Below, one piece after another: positions 14,048 to 27,538 of a stretch of 64,000 bases of DNA. Every line of letters begins with the position of its first letter. Position 1 is the first letter of the stretch. A program made the translations under genes and the position numbers. The notes beneath the pieces are model-generated. The model saw only the letters and a program-made list of their open reading frames with translations. It was not told the origin of the DNA and ran no database searches. Source of the stretch: Eledone cirrhosa (taxonomy: Eukaryota); contig OZ024741.1 in assembly GCA_964016885.1 (NCBI GenBank), positions 186,434,001 through 186,498,000 on the forward strand, in the 5' to 3' direction.

Positions 14048-14151
14048 CGCCGAGGTTAACTTTGCCTTTCATCCTTACGGGGTCGATAAAATAAAGTACC
14101 AGTAATGTACTGGGTAATTTTCTGGCCTTGTGCCAATAGTAGAAACAATTA
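14048..14151 (+). mobile_element. SINE (3' part)
   Basis: Core and tail match the family. Confidence 0.88.
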
Positions 14152-16519
14152 TATATATATCTATATATATATGGAAAAAATGAAATTTCATTTCTCTCTC
14201 TTAGTACATACTTATATCTATATATATACCTACATACTTAACTATGTAATCATGTGCGTACATATACAATTATATACATACACAGATGTGTGTAATGAGA
14301 GTTGTGTTATTTTGTTGTATACTATTTGTGTTTTGTATATATGTAGTGTGATATGGATTATGTGTTTTAGTGTTGGATTTCAGGATTGTGCATGTGGTAT
14401 TTGATTTGTGTAGTATTAAAGGTTTTCAGCTGTTTACATTTTGAATTATATGCATTGAGTGTCTGGTTTCGGTTATGTAGGGGTTTTATTTTATTTGCAT
14501 TTGATCGTGTTGATCATGTTTTGTATGAGGTGTGAAATTTGTTATTTGATGGTTATTGTATAGGGTATTATATAGAGTACTGTTCAGGTTGTGCCATCGC
14601 ATTGAAATTGTTTTGCGTAGTAAAGTATCCTTTTTCTATTAGTGCCATGTTTTAATGCAAGATTTGTGATAAACTGTGGTATGGTTTACGTTGCAATATG
14701 GGCTTTGTATATCAGGGCTATTTTAATGAGAGTAACATCGTAGCTTCTGGTAAGGTTTGTATGTTTTAATTCATATATTATATCATACCTAGTGCATTTT
14801 CTTTATTTTTATTTCAATTTCTACACGTTTTCGGGTTCTTCAACGTCTTCAGTTCAAACTTTAACCTAATGCGTTTGAGATTTTATTCACGTGTAGCCTC
14901 TGATTGATTATGGAGCGAAAAGGACGGCGATGGGGAGAAGAGATTTAGGTTGAGGAGGAGGAGGAGGAGGAGGAGGAGGAGGAGGAGGAGGAGGAGGAGG
15001 AGGAGGAAGAGATTGAGGAAACTGGAAGGAGGGGGGGTGACGATGAGAGGGGGGCGAAGGTTGTACAGGGTCGTGTCAACCAATTTATTCAGTTTAGGAG
15101 AAGGAACTCTATAGATAATGAATACAACCACAAGGCGCCGAACTCCCACTGCCATCCCCTTCATCTCTCTCTCCCTCCCCATCTCTCTGTATGGTGAGAA
15201 AATGGGTTCCCACATGCTGACCTCCCCACAGCCTCGGTGGACAGAATGAAGAAGGCATTTCCTGGGGTCTTCCGGCGGTGCGCAGTGGCTCAACCAAAAA
15301 GAGAAATAAATAGAAAGATGAAATAAAAAAAAATAAATAAATCATGAATATTTGGACTACAAAGTCAAAGATAAGGAGAAAAAGTAAATATATATATATA
15401 TGTGTGTGATTGAATACGAGTCATATGACAAAAGAAGAAGCACACAAATTACAGATAAATATTTGTATATTTATGATTTGCAACCACATTTGAAAGAAGT
15501 AATTATTAGTTTCAAATATAATTAAAAAGTACTGATTTAAATAATACAAACGTTGTCCTTAAAAGCATAAGGCATCTATTGACGTGGTCCAACCCTAATC
15601 CCTGCACAAAGAAAGTGTTCATAAAGCTATCATAAGGCAGCTTAAATGAGAAATTCTATATCAATGAGACACATATCTGCTATGTAGTTTGTGAAGCCCT
15701 CTTTAATTAACCGAAATAAATATATATGAAAACTTACTGGATCAGACAGAAATTTACAATTGCCAGTAAGATAAAAATACTACAAATGCTACGTCCAACT
15801 AACATGATATTATGAATTACTTACATAAAATTTCGTGTTGGATAAAATGATTAATTTTCAAGTAAAAAAATAGGTAGTGTAAAGGTCCGACGAGATCTCC
15901 CATCCACTTTGGGGTGGTTGAGAGATGTTTTCTCTTGTGAAAATTGATATAGCTTTTATTATGTAAAATCTCACCATTTGCCTCATTTCTCCCCGTTTTG
16001 GGTTTTCAGAGCGGGGGGGGCAGGTCTCTAAGAGGCTGGTTAATGAAATTTTCTTGCCATTTTCTCCGTGATAATTTATTAATTTGATCATGTGCTGGGA
16101 TACAAACATTCCAAATTTCAAAATTCTCCAATGCTTTCTACGTCAACCAGTTTGATCTAGCTATATGTCTAATACAAGAATTCATTTATAGTACGCATTT
16201 ATCTTTTTCGTAGATATTATATATTTTGAAACCTAGTATTATATTTTAAGAAGATTAGTGAAATTAGCTTTAATTTAATTTTAATATTCATAATTATTTG
16301 GAGAAAATGTAGAAGGTTTAGTAAACGAATTTATTTATTCTAGGTGTTGCATATTTTGTTACTTAGCGTTAATCTCTACGATGTACATATATATATTAGC
16401 GGTGTATAGGAAGCCATATACGATGTTTATATATAATAAATATATTACTCCTCATATTTCCTTCTATATACTGTACGGGTTGTGTTGTTCTTTCTGTTTA
16501 CCTTTTACATATATAAATA

Positions 16520-16586
<67 letters not shown>

Positions 16587-16777
16587 TTTAGATAAATCTA
16601 CCAAAAATTTACGGTAGTGTCCAATCCGTATGAAGAACTCAATGTAATCCGGATATCATGAAAAGAGAAGATGCATTCAAAAACTATTTTCGGTTAAAAT
16701 TAACGGAAAACAGAGTCAAGATAAATTAATAAAATAATGAATAAACAAAGAAACAGTTCCTTATATTAAAAAAAATT

Positions 16778-16917
16778 CATCATTTTACGATCGTTACTAG
16801 GATATATATGTGTTAGAATTGGTATGCATATTCTATAGATCTATGTACAATATTTATACAAACTATCAGAGTGAATATACATACCTACACATATATATGC
16901 TGTCTTCAGAAATAATG
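16778..16917 (-). ncRNA. Hammerhead-like ribozyme, type I, ~95-nt stem II, core GUAA instead of GAAA
   Basis: Minus strand: cattattt-CTGAAGA-cag catatatatgtg...cacatatatat ccta-GTAAC GATC GTA-aaatgatg. Stem I pairs; stem III is the palindrome ACGATCGT. Confidence 0.6.
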
Positions 16918-17997
16918 ATATTTGTTTATTGAAAAAAACAAAGATTCAATACAATAGGTCTGTTTGGGAACAGGTTTTGAATTGACCAATAGAGAGATAG
17001 TGAGGGTCAAGATAGTAATATAGTAGTAGACGAATCTTAAATTATGGGTAGAGGAAGGTAGATTTCAGTTTTGGATGGAAAAGAATATTATGAATGAAAG
17101 ATTATTTTAGGGATGAAAATAGGTCGTATGCTGACCTCAGAAATAATTATATTTGTTCATTGAATAAAACCAACAAAGATCTCATATATTCTGTCTGTTT
17201 GGTAAGAGGTTTAGAATTAACCAATAGAAAGTTAATAATTGGCCAAATGGTAAAATAGTAGTAATTGGAGCTTATTTTAGGGGTAGAATAAGGCAGATTT
17301 CAGTTTTGAATGGAGTGTGAAGAATGAGAAAGTTATTTTAGGGGTGAAAGTAGGTCAGGTCAGTAAAAGGTATATGAGCAGTTGCTGTTATAAACCAGTA
17401 ATGCCAATGCAAATATCTAAGGAGACTAAAATTTTATGATAAGAGTGTTAGTGAAAAAATACATCTATGAAAAGAATATAAATTAATTTAATTGATGGGT
17501 ATATTTATATTGATAAAATTATACTAATGCATATAGAATGATAAATAAGAGTTAGATGCAGTTGAAGAATGCTGTTAAAGATGAGGGGAAATTAAAAGAA
17601 TATAAAAATAATTTATATATATATATATATATACACATACACACACACATATACACACATATATATATATATATATACACATATATATATACACACACAT
17701 ATATACATACATACATACACATATATATACACACACATACATACTTACATATACATATAATTATTGGGTGGGGGGATTAAATTTATTAGTGAGAAATAAT
17801 AAATATATAGAGATTTCAAGGAACATAGAGTCATAACCTGAAGTTAAGGCATTATATATATTTACTTAATGGTATCAGTTTTAGGAAATGATAGTTGTAA
17901 GAAGGAAAGTAAAATTATGTGGTTCATCAGTAGTAGAATATTAATTATAGGTTAACTAAATTAAAAACAGTTTATATATTAAATTCTAAAGTGTATA

Positions 17998-18640
17998 TTA
18001 ATTAGGTTTATAATATTTAAAGGTTTTTCTCAGTTTATGATTACACGATATTATTAATTCCTGTCGCTTATTTAATAGGATATCCTTAGATTTCATTTTT
18101 TCAAAAAGTTCTTGGGAACAAAATCTACATTCATATCTACTATTTTGATAAGGGGTGGCCCTTTTGAGCACACTCCAGGTCAGGTCATAATCTATATTCC
18201 TCTTTCTATAATTATTAATTATTTCAGCTAGAGATGTTGTATTAGCTAGTGCGGCATTTTTAAAACTATGTTTGTGGGTATTAAATCTTGCCTTAAATTT
18301 GTTAGAGGTAGCTCCTATATATGAATAAATTGAGTCCTTAGTGTTAACTTTACATTTATATACTATGTTATTAACAAGGCAATTTCCTTTTAATGGACAG
18401 TTTGCCTTGTTTCTACAGTTACAACTTTTCATGGATCCTGTATCTGAGGAGATATTATGGTTAGTTTGATGTACTGGTGGTATACTCATGGTCTTTTTAC
18501 ATTTATATGCCTTGTAGGCACTTATATTTTGTTTTATGTTTTTGGTTGTTGAGTAGGAGAATTTAACCGTTGATCTATTTAAAATTTGATGGTATTTGTG
18601 GTTTGGCGGGAAGTTTTTCTCTAGGATATTAAAGAATTTA
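17998..18640 (-). CDS. PLE C-terminus: CxCx5Cx5C motif plus GIY-YIG endonuclease (Naiad-type)
   Basis: FPPNHKYHQILNRSTVKFSYS...SCNCRNKANCPLKGNCLVNNIVYKC...YIGATSNKFKARFNTHKHSF...CRFCSQE...LLNKRQELIISCNH. Confidence 0.88.
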
Positions 18641-18645
18641 ATATA

Positions 18646-18685
<40 letters not shown>

Positions 18686-18691
<6 letters not shown>

Positions 18692-18972
18692 ATCAAAAGA
18701 TGGTTAAATGAGTTCCATGTATTTTATTATGCGCATTTCAAAAACAAATATCTTCATGCAATAACATTTGTGTTTTCATCAGATAAAATAGCAGGACATG
18801 ATATGAAGGTTAAAAACACTTGTGGATAGTGCAGTTTTAAATCAACATAGGAACTCATTTAACCATCTTTTGATCTTATATATTATGTATACTCCAGTTC
18901 TACAAACTGTAGAGTGCTTCTTATCTGATATCTACATTGCTTTATTGTACTACAATAAAACTCACCTCCTAC
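18686..18972 (-). mobile_element. Fold-back family C stub
   Basis: tatataagatcaaaagatggttaaatgagttcc is inverted at ~18850-18881; homologous to 23738-23872 and 30027-30102. Confidence 0.78.
18720..18790 (-). ncRNA. Hammerhead ribozyme, type I, intact core
   Basis: Minus strand: tattttat-CTGATGA-aaacacaaatgtt..gatatttgtttt t-GAA ATGCGCAT A-ataaaata. Perfect 8-bp stem I; palindromic stem III. Confidence 0.8.
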
Positions 18973-19149
18973 ATTATATATATATATATATGTTTGTGTT
19001 TGTTTGTGTGTGTGAGTATGCATACATATATATGTGTGTGTGTGTGTGTGTACATATTTGTGTGTGTAGTTAGTGGATGTGTAATTCATTTTGATCGCCG
19101 AAGCGTCTAGATTTGACTCGCGATAGCGTTAAACATTAACTTGGAAGAA

Positions 19150-19365
19150 TGATTTCTAGTATAGGCACAAGGCCAGTAATTTAGGGGGAGGGGAAAAATC
19201 GATTAAATCAGCCCCAGTACGTTACTCGTGCTTTATTTCATCGACCCGTAAGGATGAAAGGCAAAGTTAACCTCGGCGGGATTTGAACTCAGACCGTAAA
19301 GGACCGTAACTCTATGCTGCGAAGCATGGTGTCCGACTCTCTACCGGTACTGCCAATCCACAATA
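19150..19365 (-). mobile_element. SINE, near full length
   Basis: Reverse complement of head, core and tail. Confidence 0.9.
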
Positions 19366-19969
19366 AAGTGAGTAATTCAACGACATGAATTGTGTACTTC
19401 TCCGTTTTGTACGTACACAAAAACTGTAAATGACTTAAAAACCATGCTTAAGATTAGAACTAGGATGAATAGATTCCATTTAACGCATGTTTACTTAAAC
19501 CTTTCCTCATTCCTCCTCTACCTTCTTGCCACTTTTACTTCACTATCTTCTCTACACCACTAGCATTACTTAAGAGAGTACATCACGATAAGCATTGATT
19601 AGCTGTGAGAGAATGTGTAATCAAATGAAAAGATAAAAAGCTTATCATGTAAATTAAGCCGGTAATTTTTATATGTTTTATTACACTATATAATTTATAG
19701 AATTTATTTAGATGCTGTAATTTTGTATGTCTCACCAAAATAGTGTTGAATAAATCGAGGAATTTATAGTAAAATGGTTGCGACTTCCAATTGCAAGTGG
19801 AATTGTACTATAACACCGTTAAACCATATTGATAGAGTCTTCTCGTTATCAACACGAAAATTTTATCTCGATTCTCATAAATTTGTTCATGCATATACAT
19901 GTTTGCTTGTATCTGCACAAATACATGTATAGATTTATACACACACACACAAACACACAAATCTCTCTT

Positions 19970-20036
<67 letters not shown>

Positions 20037-20047
20037 GTTTATCTATA

Positions 20048-20198
<151 letters not shown>

Positions 20199-21046
20199 TA
20201 ATACATGTGTGTGTGCGTGTAAGCATATATATATATATATATATATATATTATCACACATATCATTGATGCAACACGGTTGCACTCATTTTTACCTTTGA
20301 TTCATAGAAACAGAAATTCACAGAGAGAACTATTAATGCATTAATTATGCAGTGGATAAGATAAAATTGATTGTGGGTGAAGAGAAAAAGAAATATGCAC
20401 GCTGTAAAATATGTTTTCGTCTGGTGTTAATGCTTTGGTTGATGTGATCTTCCTGTGTTCTATTTTTCTTGTGTTGTGTTATCTGTGTTGGAGTGTAATT
20501 TTTTTTTAAAACATACTGTTTTATTACTTCCTACGATTAAAACGAAATTCGGATTATATTATTTTCCTTTAGGGTAATTTTAAAAAAAACGACGTATTCG
20601 ATTATGACGATAAGGATGATGACGATGATTTATCCACATCATTATCATTACCATTCATCATCATTATCGTTACCAGCACCATTGGCATCATCACTATCAT
20701 CAACTTCCTCTTCAGCACCATTAACATCATCACTATCATCAACTTCCTCTTCATTACCTGTATCATTATCTCCATACTGGTGAATTTGATGAAGTAGCTG
20801 GCGTTGATGTTTTCCTGATGACAAAATATCTACTGAATGTTCAAATGTTAACGCAGTCTCCAACATGACGTCCCCATGTGATCTACCATCCGTCTCACAA
20901 AAGCCGCAAGTGTATACTATTAGCTTATCTCATTGCATACATTGCCTATAGGTATTTGTGTATCAAAATATATATATATATATACGCACATGCATACATA
21001 CATACATACATACATACATACATACATACATACATACATACATTCA

Positions 21047-21078
<32 letters not shown>

Positions 21079-21123
21079 CACGCATATATATATATATGTA
21101 TACATATATATATCTATATCTCT

Positions 21124-21201
<78 letters not shown>

Positions 21202-21354
21202 CGTTTCTGAATTTGTTTAGCAAGATTCTTTATCTGAAAACGTGTGTTGAAACCGGTATTGTTATACTTTGGGAGGGTCATGTTGCCAATAAGAAACACA
21301 CGCACCACATGTTTTCACTTCAATTTATTATAATAAATTTATAAATTTAGGAAT

Positions 21355-21395
<41 letters not shown>

Positions 21396-21398
<3 letters not shown>

Positions 21399-21848
21399 GA
21401 GGTTATATTTAATTTGTTGGGATTCAACAAGCTTAAATATTTTTATAACTGATATAAAGCACTCAAAAGATTAGTGGAGTAAATACACAATATATTAATA
21501 AATGGAAACTATATTTATAAAACCATATTTATTTTATTATACATATTTCAAGAGCAACCAAGGCAAATTATGGTGCGCTTTCATCAAATAAAATACAGAT
21601 TTGTTTTATAAATAAATATTGACATACCCTGAAAAAAGACAACCTTAACGGTTGGAGCTTCCAGACTATCCAGGAAGCTCCAACCGTTAAGGTTGTCTTT
21701 TTTCCGTGTATGTCAATATTTATTTATAAAACAAATCTGTATTTTATTTGATGAAAGCGCACCATAATTTGCCTTGGTTGCTCTTGAAATATGTATAATA
21801 AAATAAATATGGTTTTATAAATATAGTTTCCATTTATTAATATATTGT
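21396..21848 (-). mobile_element. Fold-back family B: palindrome with ~175-bp arms plus ~90-bp tail, derived from a Naiad-like PLE 3' end
   Basis: 21487-21662 vs 21673-21848 form a near-perfect inverted repeat; homologous to 62470-62620; contains tattttat-TTGATGA-aag...ctt-GAAATATGTATA-ataaaata. Confidence 0.85.
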
Positions 21849-21901
21849 ATAAATATATATATATGGAGAGATAGAGAGAGAGTGAGAGAGAGAGAGAGAG
21901 C

Positions 21902-21936
<35 letters not shown>

Positions 21937-21959
21937 AAGAGATATAGAGATAGAGAGAA

Positions 21960-23530
21960 AGAGGTAGAACACTGGAAGGTAATATCCGTAGTGGTAGAGC
22001 ACTCAGTCCATGGGACGAGTTAGGTAGAAGTGGTAACACAACAATTAGTTCACCATACCGAGAACAATTGTTTCACCTCACCGGATCCTCAGCTCGCACT
22101 CGTACAATCTGACTATCCGCTAAGGTCATACTGGGGTGAGTCATATTGTCAGAAATAATAACAGAACACACTCACTGAGGGCTTGGTTTTCGCTTCTGTA
22201 TCTTTTATATCTCCATAGTTAATTTATTTGGCAATCAATGTCTATCATTGATTGACCAGCGTTTACAAATACAGATATAAATATATATATATAGTCTATC
22301 AAAGTTCTTTCGTTGCACATCTGCAACATCATCAGTGGTACTATTATGTTTCCTCCTTTTATTTTAATTTATTTCTTTTTTTATTCTGTCTCTGTGCATG
22401 CGTTTCTATGTGTCTATTATGTTTGGTGTGTGTATTCGCGTTTGAGTGAATGTGTTTTGGTTTTGGATTCTATCGTTGTTCACTAGTGTGTGTTTATATG
22501 TGTTTGTTATTATTGTACTTGTGTATATATGTATTTATTTATTTATTCATATTTCCTTTAAGTCAGTGTTTTGAAATATGTGTTTTTGTATTCTACCTTT
22601 GTTAACAAGTGTGTGTGTGTATGTGTTTGTTGCCATTGTACTTGTGTATATATTTATTTATATTTCCCTTAAATCAGTATTGTTTGTTTGGGTATGGTTA
22701 TTGTTGTTATTCCATTCGGTCTCTCTGTTCAACTTCGGTTTTCTTAGTTCTATATCAGTTGCTTCTCTGATTTGCCTACCTGTTGAGTCATTTCCATGTT
22801 TAGATATTATTTTAATTTCGATGTTGTCTATGTTACAGTCATGTCTTTGTCTGGCGTGTTTGTATAGTACTGAACCATTTTTTGTGGCCTTTTAGTTCAC
22901 CCCACTGTTTGTTTATTCTTTCTCCTATGCTACGAGCTGTCTCACCTATGTATGTCGTTTTCATGTTTCTTCAAGTATCCTCTGTACATCTTATGCTATA
23001 GACTACATTTCTAGTTTTACAGTTTATCTGGGGGTTCGTTTTACATATAACACATTTATTATTTGTACAGTGGGTTTTCTTAAAGGGGTATGTTTTACTG
23101 ATCAGAGATGTTATGGTAGTTCCTTTTCTAACACTTTAATCTTTAAATGGGTCTTTCTTAGGGCCTTTCTACATTGGCTAGCTAATTTCCTTCCTGGGGT
23201 AGCATCCACGAACACGCCACTCTGGTATCTCTGGTTTTCATAACATGAAGTGGCTTTCCCTATCTTATGTTTAGTCCTATCTAAGCTATTCCATGATTTG
23301 CTCCTGTATAATGGGCAAATTCCTTTCATGACCATTTCTATGAGGGTCTTATATTTCTCCGTGGATCCTTGGTATACTCTGATTCTGTCTCTTTGGTTGT
23401 AGACAGAGGTTGTAGCTGAGCTTTTGAGTATCAGGTATTTGGAGGTCATGGGTTTAGAATAGTGTGAGTGGAGAATGTGGGCCCTCTCGTCTAAAGTGTT
23501 AATCCAGAGTTGCGTGTCTAATACTGGTTA
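21960..23530 (-). mobile_element. Penelope-like element 3' part (RT thumb plus GIY-YIG, frameshifted) with 3' UTR
   Basis: PVLDTQLW...ILHSHYSKPMTSKYLI..SS; VFVDATPG.KLA; then in another frame C..NKCVIC...NCKTRNVVYSIRC...YIGETARSIGER. Confidence 0.82.
22059..22096 (-). ncRNA. Minimal type I hammerhead ribozyme
   Basis: Minus strand: cgag-CTGAGGA-tccggtgaggt-GAAACAATTGTT-ctcg. Stem I is cgag/ctcg; stem III is the palindrome ACAATTGT. Confidence 0.75.
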
Positions 23531-23646
23531 GGGTGTTTAGATTAGTTATCGATGTTGGTGAATAAACCCTCACCAAGTATATCAATATTTGTTTCGACAC
23601 ACTATTTCATATCAAAAACCTTGGAAAACAAATTCATATATAAATT

Positions 23647-23737
<91 letters not shown>

Positions 23738-23740
<3 letters not shown>

Positions 23741-23872
23741 AAGAAAAAATTAGAAGATGGTTAAAAATGTTCCATGTATTTTATTATGCGCATTTCAAAA
23801 AACAAATATCATCCAGGGACGATATTTGCGTTCTTATCAGATAAAATAGGGAGACATAAAACTCACCTCCTA
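23738..23872 (-). mobile_element. Family C stub; hammerhead with CTGATAA core (23777-23848)
   Basis: Homologous to 18690-18800; flanked by (TA)n. Confidence 0.78.
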
Positions 23873-24237
23873 CACACACATATATATATATGTATGTATA
23901 TATATATATATATGTATATACATACATACATATATACATATATATATGTGTGTATATATATGTATATACATATATATGTGTGTATATATATATATATGTA
24001 TGTATATATATATATATATGTATATACATATATACATATATATATGTGTGTATATATATATATGTATATACATATATATGTGTGTGTATATATATATATA
24101 TGTATATATATATACATATATATATGTATGTATATATATATATATATGTATATATATATACATATATATATGTATGTATATATATATGTATATATACATA
24201 TACATATATATATGTTTATATATATATATATATATAC

Positions 24238-24356
<119 letters not shown>

Positions 24357-24496
24357 CTAAAAAAAAAAAAAATATATATATATATATATACATACACATA
24401 TAAATATATATATATATATATACTCTTTTACTCTTTTACCTGTTTCAGCCATCCGGCTGAGGCCATGCTGGGGCACCGCCCTTGTTGCTACACATT

Positions 24497-27400
24497 TTAT
24501 CTCCAGCCTGTATAGGTTGGCCACTGGTGTAGGAGGGAGTTTGTTGCTGCTGCCCTTAGGTTTCCCTCGTGTCTTGCTGTGGGCTTATCCGGGATCCTGG
24601 ATAACAAGGTGTCGAGATGTTTCTTAAAGACATCCACCTCCACGTCATGCAAGTCTCTCAGATGCCTCGGCAGCCTGTTGAAGAGTTGAGGGCCCTTGAA
24701 TCCCAGGCTATTGCAATACCTGCTCCTTATTCTAGATGTGGAAGACGGGACCTTTGGCACCACACAGTGACGTCCTGTTCGACGGTTGGTCCAGCTCCCA
24801 ATGCCAAAGTTTGGTGCTAGTCCCTCCAGGATTTTCCACATGTAGATCACTGCGTATCTCTCCCGTCTTCGCTCCAAGGAGTAGAGGTTCGGTTCCTTTA
24901 GCCTCTCCCAGTAGCTTGTCTCCCTCATCTTGGCAATCCTCTTGGTGTAGCTTCGCTGGATTGCCTCAAGCTCCGTGGTTAGTTTGACACTATGGGGTGA
25001 CCACAGCTGGGAGCAGTAGTCCAGGCGGCTTAGGACAAAAGTCCTCCACAGTGTCAACATGGTGTCTCGATCTCTTGTAAGGAAAGTCCTCAAGATCCAG
25101 CCAGCGAATCGTCTACATGTTGTCGCCACCTTCATGATGTGTGAAGAAAAAGATGCATCATCGCTCATGTCTATGCCCAGGTCTCGTATCGATTTTGACA
25201 CGGGGATATCGGTCCCTCCTGGTCCTGTGTAGCTGTGTTCCGCTATATTTGTGTTTGTGTTTGCAGGTTTGTATTGTAGGGCTTGGAATTTGCCAGCATT
25301 AAACTGCATGTTGTTTTCTTCCGCCCATCTGTATATGGCATCCAGATCCTGCTGTATGAGGGCAGCGTCAGCCGGGTTTTTGATTGCCTGTGCTAAGTTA
25401 GTGTCATCAGCATAGCTAGTGAGGGATGTTGTTGCATGCACCACAGAGGGCATGTCCGAGAGAGACACCAAAAACAGTAGTGGTCCCAGGACTGTCCCCT
25501 GGGGCACCCCACTTGTTATCGGTGTTTCCCTCGAGAGGGCCCCATTTGCTGCGACTGCCTGGCTTCTGTCCCTTAGGAAGCCATGCAGCCACTCACCTAC
25601 TTTTCCAGTTATGCCGAGTCCGTGTAGTTTGTGACATATCATTCCGTGGTCGACCTTGTCAAAGGCCTTCGCAAAGTCAAGATATATCACGTCTACATGT
25701 GAGCTGTCTAGTAGTTGTCTCAGTACCCAGTCGTAGTGATGTAGCAGCTGTGTAAGGCAGCTTCTTCCTGGGCGGAAGCCATGTTGCGTGCTAGTCAGGC
25801 GGTCATTTTCTTCGAGGAAAGTGATTAGTTTCTTTCTCACGACTCGCTCCATGACCTTACTGATATGCGACGTCAGGGAGACTGGCCTATAATTCTTGGC
25901 CTCCGCTCTACTACCTCCTTTATGGATAGGGCATATTGTGCCTTCTTTCAGCTCCCTGGGTAGTACACCGCTAGCCAAGGAGCTTCTGAAGAGCATCTTC
26001 AGTGGTGTTGCTAAGGCCCGCTTACATATTTTTAGGAGAACTGCTGGGAATCCATCAGGTCCAGCAGTCGAGTCTGTTCTAATTTCATCAATGGCGTACA
26101 CCACATCCTCCTCCGCTATGTCTATGTGGTTGATGGTTGCCATTTCTTGATGTAGTGTTGTGGCATCAAAGAACTCCTCTGGCTTCGTTATTTGCATGTG
26201 CCTCAGTGGACATGTGAACACACTTTTGTACTGTTCGTTCAGTATTTCACATATCTCTTGGGGATTTTCGGTTAATGAACCGTCCGTGTGGAAGAGTGGT
26301 CCAATCTTGCAGTGTACTGAGGCAGTTTCTTTTGCAAATTTAAAGAAGGCCTTAGGGTTTGTTTTAATGTTTTCTATGGCCCTGTTCTCTTTCTTTGCCC
26401 TCTCATTCTCATGGGAAAGTTTGAGTGCAATCTCGGTGTCAAGTAGTGCACGTTTCAAATAGGATTCCTTCTTGTTTTGGTTTTGTTGACTATTCAACTG
26501 GTTTGAGAGTTTAGTTCTACGTCTCATAAGGATTTTCCTATCTCTGGGAATAAGATTTTTGTGTCTGTTTGCCTCTTTCTCCAGGACACACTTTTTGCAT
26601 ATGGTGTGTATCGTTGTCATGAAGTGTTGAAATTTTGTGTTAGTGTCTTGTGTGGCGATGTTTTCACTCCATGTTTGCTTCCGGATTTCACTCTTAATCT
26701 TTTTCCAGTTAGCCTTGTAGAAGTTAAGGTTGGATAGCGTCCCGGAGCTTCTTAGTGGTTTTGTCTCTGTTGGTTCTCTTGGACCACATATCATTAGCTC
26801 TACTAAGTTATGATCCGAGAGAATCGTTGGTGTCACCTTTACATTGTGGATGAGCACTTCGTTGTTTGTAAAACAGAGGTCCAGGACATTTTCGGCTCTT
26901 GTTGGGAGGAGTATTGCTTGCTCCATGAACAGCCTGTGTGTGAGGGCCAGCAGGGATTCCGTCTGTCTCTGTTCTATTGACGTCATTCCAGGGAGGAGGT
27001 GGCCCTCAGGCCATTTGACCTTTGGTAGGTTGAAGTCTCCCAGCAGTAGGATGTTGAGACCCTGGTCCAGTTTGTCAAGGACCTCTTCTATCCTACTTAG
27101 GCTATCCTCAAATTTACCCTCATGACTGGGGGCATCGGGCGGCCGATATGTGACACATATTACCGTCTGTAGTTGCTTCATATGTATTATCAGTGTGTCA
27201 CAGACTGAGTTTGAATGTGTCAACAGTACAATTGGTGTGACATCTTCACGGATATACAGAGCAACCCCACCATGAGTTCTCTCCTTCCTGTCAGAACGAA
27301 ATACAGTATATTTCGGTATATGTATTTCTGCATCTGCTATACTGCCTGTCAGGTGCGTTTCGGTTAGTGCCATGCATAGTGCTTGATTGCTTATGGCTAA

Positions 27401-27538
27401 GTCTCCCAGGTAGGAAATTTTACTCATGTTGCTGAGTTTCACCAGGTCCCTGACATTCAGCAGCAGCACTGGTGTGACTTTTGGGGTGCCAGTAATGGTT
27501 GTCGGTATGACACCTGGTCTGGTGTCAGCGGCGGCCAC
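24497..27538 (-). CDS. LINE ORF2: APE endonuclease plus reverse transcriptase (frame is open from ~27727; no ATG before APE motif I)
   Basis: LLNVRDL, LTETHL, YRPP, LLGDFN, LDLCF, SDHN; [46 protein letters not shown]; CR1-type C-terminus [11 protein letters not shown]. Confidence 0.96.
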   Translation of the reverse strand: MAAADTRPGVIPTTITGTPKVTPVLLLNVRDLVKLSNMSKISYLGDLAISNQALCMALTETHLTGSIADAEIHIPKYTVFRSDRKERTHGGVALYIREDVTPIVLLTHSNSVCDTLIIHMKQLQTVICVTYRPPDAPSHEGKFEDSLSRIEEVLDKLDQGLNILLLGDFNLPKVKWPEGHLLPGMTSIEQRQTESLLALTHRLFMEQAILLPTRAENVLDLCFTNNEVLIHNVKVTPTILSDHNLVELMICGPREPTETKPLRSSGTLSNLNFYKANWKKIKSEIRKQTWSENIATQDTNTKFQHFMTTIHTICKKCVLEKEANRHKNLIPRDRKILMRRRTKLSNQLNSQQNQNKKESYLKRALLDTEIALKLSHENERAKKENRAIENIKTNPKAFFKFAKETASVHCKIGPLFHTDGSLTENPQEICEILNEQYKSVFTCPLRHMQITKPEEFFDATTLHQEMATINHIDIAEEDVVYAIDEIRTDSTAGPDGFPAVLLKICKRALATPLKMLFRSSLASGVLPRELKEGTICPIHKGGSRAEAKNYRPVSLTSHISKVMERVVRKKLITFLEENDRLTSTQHGFRPGRSCLTQLLHHYDWVLRQLLDSSHVDVIYLDFAKAFDKVDHGMICHKLHGLGITGKVGEWLHGFLRDRSQAVAANGALSRETPITSGVPQGTVLGPLLFLVSLSDMPSVVHATTSLTSYADDTNLAQAIKNPADAALIQQDLDAIYRWAEENNMQFNAGKFQALQYKPANTNTNIAEHSYTGPGGTDIPVSKSIRDLGIDMSDDASFSSHIMKVATTCRRFAGWILRTFLTRDRDTMLTLWRTFVLSRLDYCSQLWSPHSVKLTTELEAIQRSYTKRIAKMRETSYWERLKEPNLYSLERRRERYAVIYMWKILEGLAPNFGIGSWTNRRTGRHCVVPKVPSSTSRIRSRYCNSLGFKGPQLFNRLPRHLRDLHDVEVDVFKKHLDTLLSRIPDKPTARHEGNLRAAATNSLLHQWPTYTGWR

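Larger units (their letters stand above)
16584..18640 (-). mobile_element. Naiad-like Penelope element, 5'-truncated: GIY-YIG end plus ~1.4 kb 3' UTR, (TA)n on both sides
   Basis: ORF 17998-18640, then an AT-rich UTR containing a hammerhead-like motif and ending in (TA)n. Confidence 0.8.

Noticed and set aside
15860-16130. Possible DNA-transposon/MITE internal fragment
   Set aside because: No termini or second copy visible.
20600-20866. Acidic 72-aa ORF
   Set aside because: Driven by (CAT/GAT)-rich low complexity and a ~39-bp duplication; no clear splice sites.
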